Assembly: GCA_046483495.1 (NCBI GenBank) | Contig: JAWODC010000077.1 | Span: forward strand, 5,143 to 69,142 | DNA length: 64,000 bases | From: Desulfobacterales bacterium | GTDB taxonomy: Bacteria; Desulfobacterota; Desulfobacteria; Desulfobacterales; UBA5616 | Direction of reading: 5' to 3' | In this document: positions 63,272-64,000 of the stretch, piece by piece | Layout: each line of letters starts with the position of its first letter | Numbering within the stretch: the stretch's first letter is position 1 | Translations under genes and position numbers: made by a program | Notes under the pieces: generated by a model | Database searches by the model: none | Told to the model about the DNA's origin: nothing | The model's input: the letters and a program-made list of their open reading frames with translations, nothing else

Positions 63272-63856
63272 TTAAAAACGGATATTTTTCTCCGACATGG
63301 CGACCGTCGGCAAAAAAGGCTCAATCACGAATGAGCGCAGCCGTTTGGATTCATCTTGCAGATGGATTACGGCCTGGTCCGAATAGCCTTTCGGATACAT
63401 CGAAATATCGGTTTTCCCTGTCGAAACGACACCTCTTCCGGGATATTCCACGTCCACCAGATGAATATGCGAAGGCAGACGGAAGGTTTTTACATGGGCA
63501 AATGGTTCTTCGAGCTCTTCACCGGTGGCTTCCTCGAATATGGAAAAGGCGTTTGAATCCAGTTCCACGGTCAAAACAAACGTCTTTTGATCTTCCAGGG
63601 CGCGTTTTTTTAAGTGCGCAACATTGAACATGATCCAATTGGAAACCTCCCTTATATCATCGCCTCTGAAGCTGTCAAGCCGGGGGGCGGCGAAAAAAAG
63701 CATCATCCCGAGAATGGCAATGACGGTCACAAGCTCGATCAAGGTAAATCCCCGGCAGGCTTTTCCCGGTTCGACCGGAGAAGGGGCGGATACCGGCCCG
63801 AAAAGGAAGGTGCCGTTTCTCAACCGACTTCGGATATGGCTTATTCGAATTCCCAA
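63272..63856 (-). CDS. gspH: Type II secretion minor pseudopilin GspH
   Basis: CRGFTLIELVTVIAILGMM prepilin motif. The start is uncertain (TTG at 63856 or TTG at 63826) and no ATG precedes the motif. Confidence 0.65.
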   Translation of the reverse strand: MGIRISHIRSRLRNGTFLFGPVSAPSPVEPGKACRGFTLIELVTVIAILGMMLFFAAPRLDSFRGDDIREVSNWIMFNVAHLKKRALEDQKTFVLTVELDSNAFSIFEEATGEELEEPFAHVKTFRLPSHIHLVDVEYPGRGVVSTGKTDISMYPKGYSDQAVIHLQDESKRLRSFVIEPFLPTVAMSEKNIRF

Positions 63857-64000
63857 TTGTTGATGTCCTGATTTTCTTCTTCTCCGCCCGGAACGCCGTC
63901 CGCACCGTATGAATAGAGGTCGAAATCACCGTAAACGCCGGGAGACAGATAGACAAAATCATTTCCCCAAGGATCTTTTGGGACCCTTCCTTTTTCGAGA
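63841..64000 (-). CDS. gspG: Type II secretion major pseudopilin GspG, C-terminal part (5' end beyond window)
   Basis: Own translation gives LEKGRVPKDPWGNDFVYLSPGVYGDFDLYSYGADGVPGGEEENQDINNWEFE*, the conserved GspG C-terminus (DPWG..Y.Y..PG..G.FDL.S.GADG..GG). Not in the ORF track because it is truncated by the window end. Confidence 0.8.
   Translation of the reverse strand, partial: LEKGRVPKDPWGNDFVYLSPGVYGDFDLYSYGADGVPGGEEENQDINNWEFE

Overview
This is a gene-dense 64-kb chromosomal segment with about 60 protein genes. I found no rRNA, tRNA or CRISPR. The gene content suggests an anaerobic Desulfobacterota (Desulfobacterales-like) genome, but that is inference only. The supporting content is a selenocysteine-containing HdrD-like Fe-S protein, EtfAB with a membrane Fe-S/cytochrome-b oxidoreductase, CooC, a sigma-54 activator and beta-oxidation genes.

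Left to right:
- 1-1927: TetR plus a NodT-type efflux outer-membrane factor, which runs off the window start.
- 2.5-7.3 kb: yhbY, a small unknown protein, an ADP-forming acyl-CoA-synthetase alpha-like protein, Fe-ADH, DUF2905 and dusB.
- 7.4-16.8 kb: a looser stretch with DUF1848, a B12-radical-SAM protein, a sigma-54-driven DegT-family gene whose Schiff-base Lys is Gln, an NtrC-type response regulator, an IS3 transposase fragment, an atypical kinase and a USP.
- 16.9-18.2 kb: a Fe-S/CCG protein that the ORF track splits at an in-frame TGA; I read it as Sec.
- 18.6-32 kb: an acyl-CoA catabolic island with MerR, thiolase, a 605-aa ACAD, acyl-CoA ligase, two APH-fold kinases, a class-III aminotransferase-fold protein, TPP E1 alpha/beta without E2, and an SDR.
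- 33.9-35.5 kb: speD-speE plus a second AdoMetDC paralogue.
- 36.6-40.5 kb: a membrane Fe-S oxidoreductase with etfBA.
- 40.6-43.5 kb: a CooC-type ATPase translationally coupled to a Ski2/HelY-like helicase.
- 43.8-52.6 kb: envelope and polysaccharide genes.
- 52.7-64 kb: a type II secretion cluster in the order gspG-H-I-J-K-L-M-N-C-D-E on the minus strand.

The structure not explained by genes is repetitive DNA:
- Three copies of a ~350-370 bp element with inverted termini and no coding capacity. Two of them sit inside operons.
- Many intergenic 6-7 nt tandem arrays whose units drift stepwise.
- A ~40 nt REP-like hairpin family.

I see no large uncharacterised multi-gene system. The findings below are the points I consider most worth follow-up.
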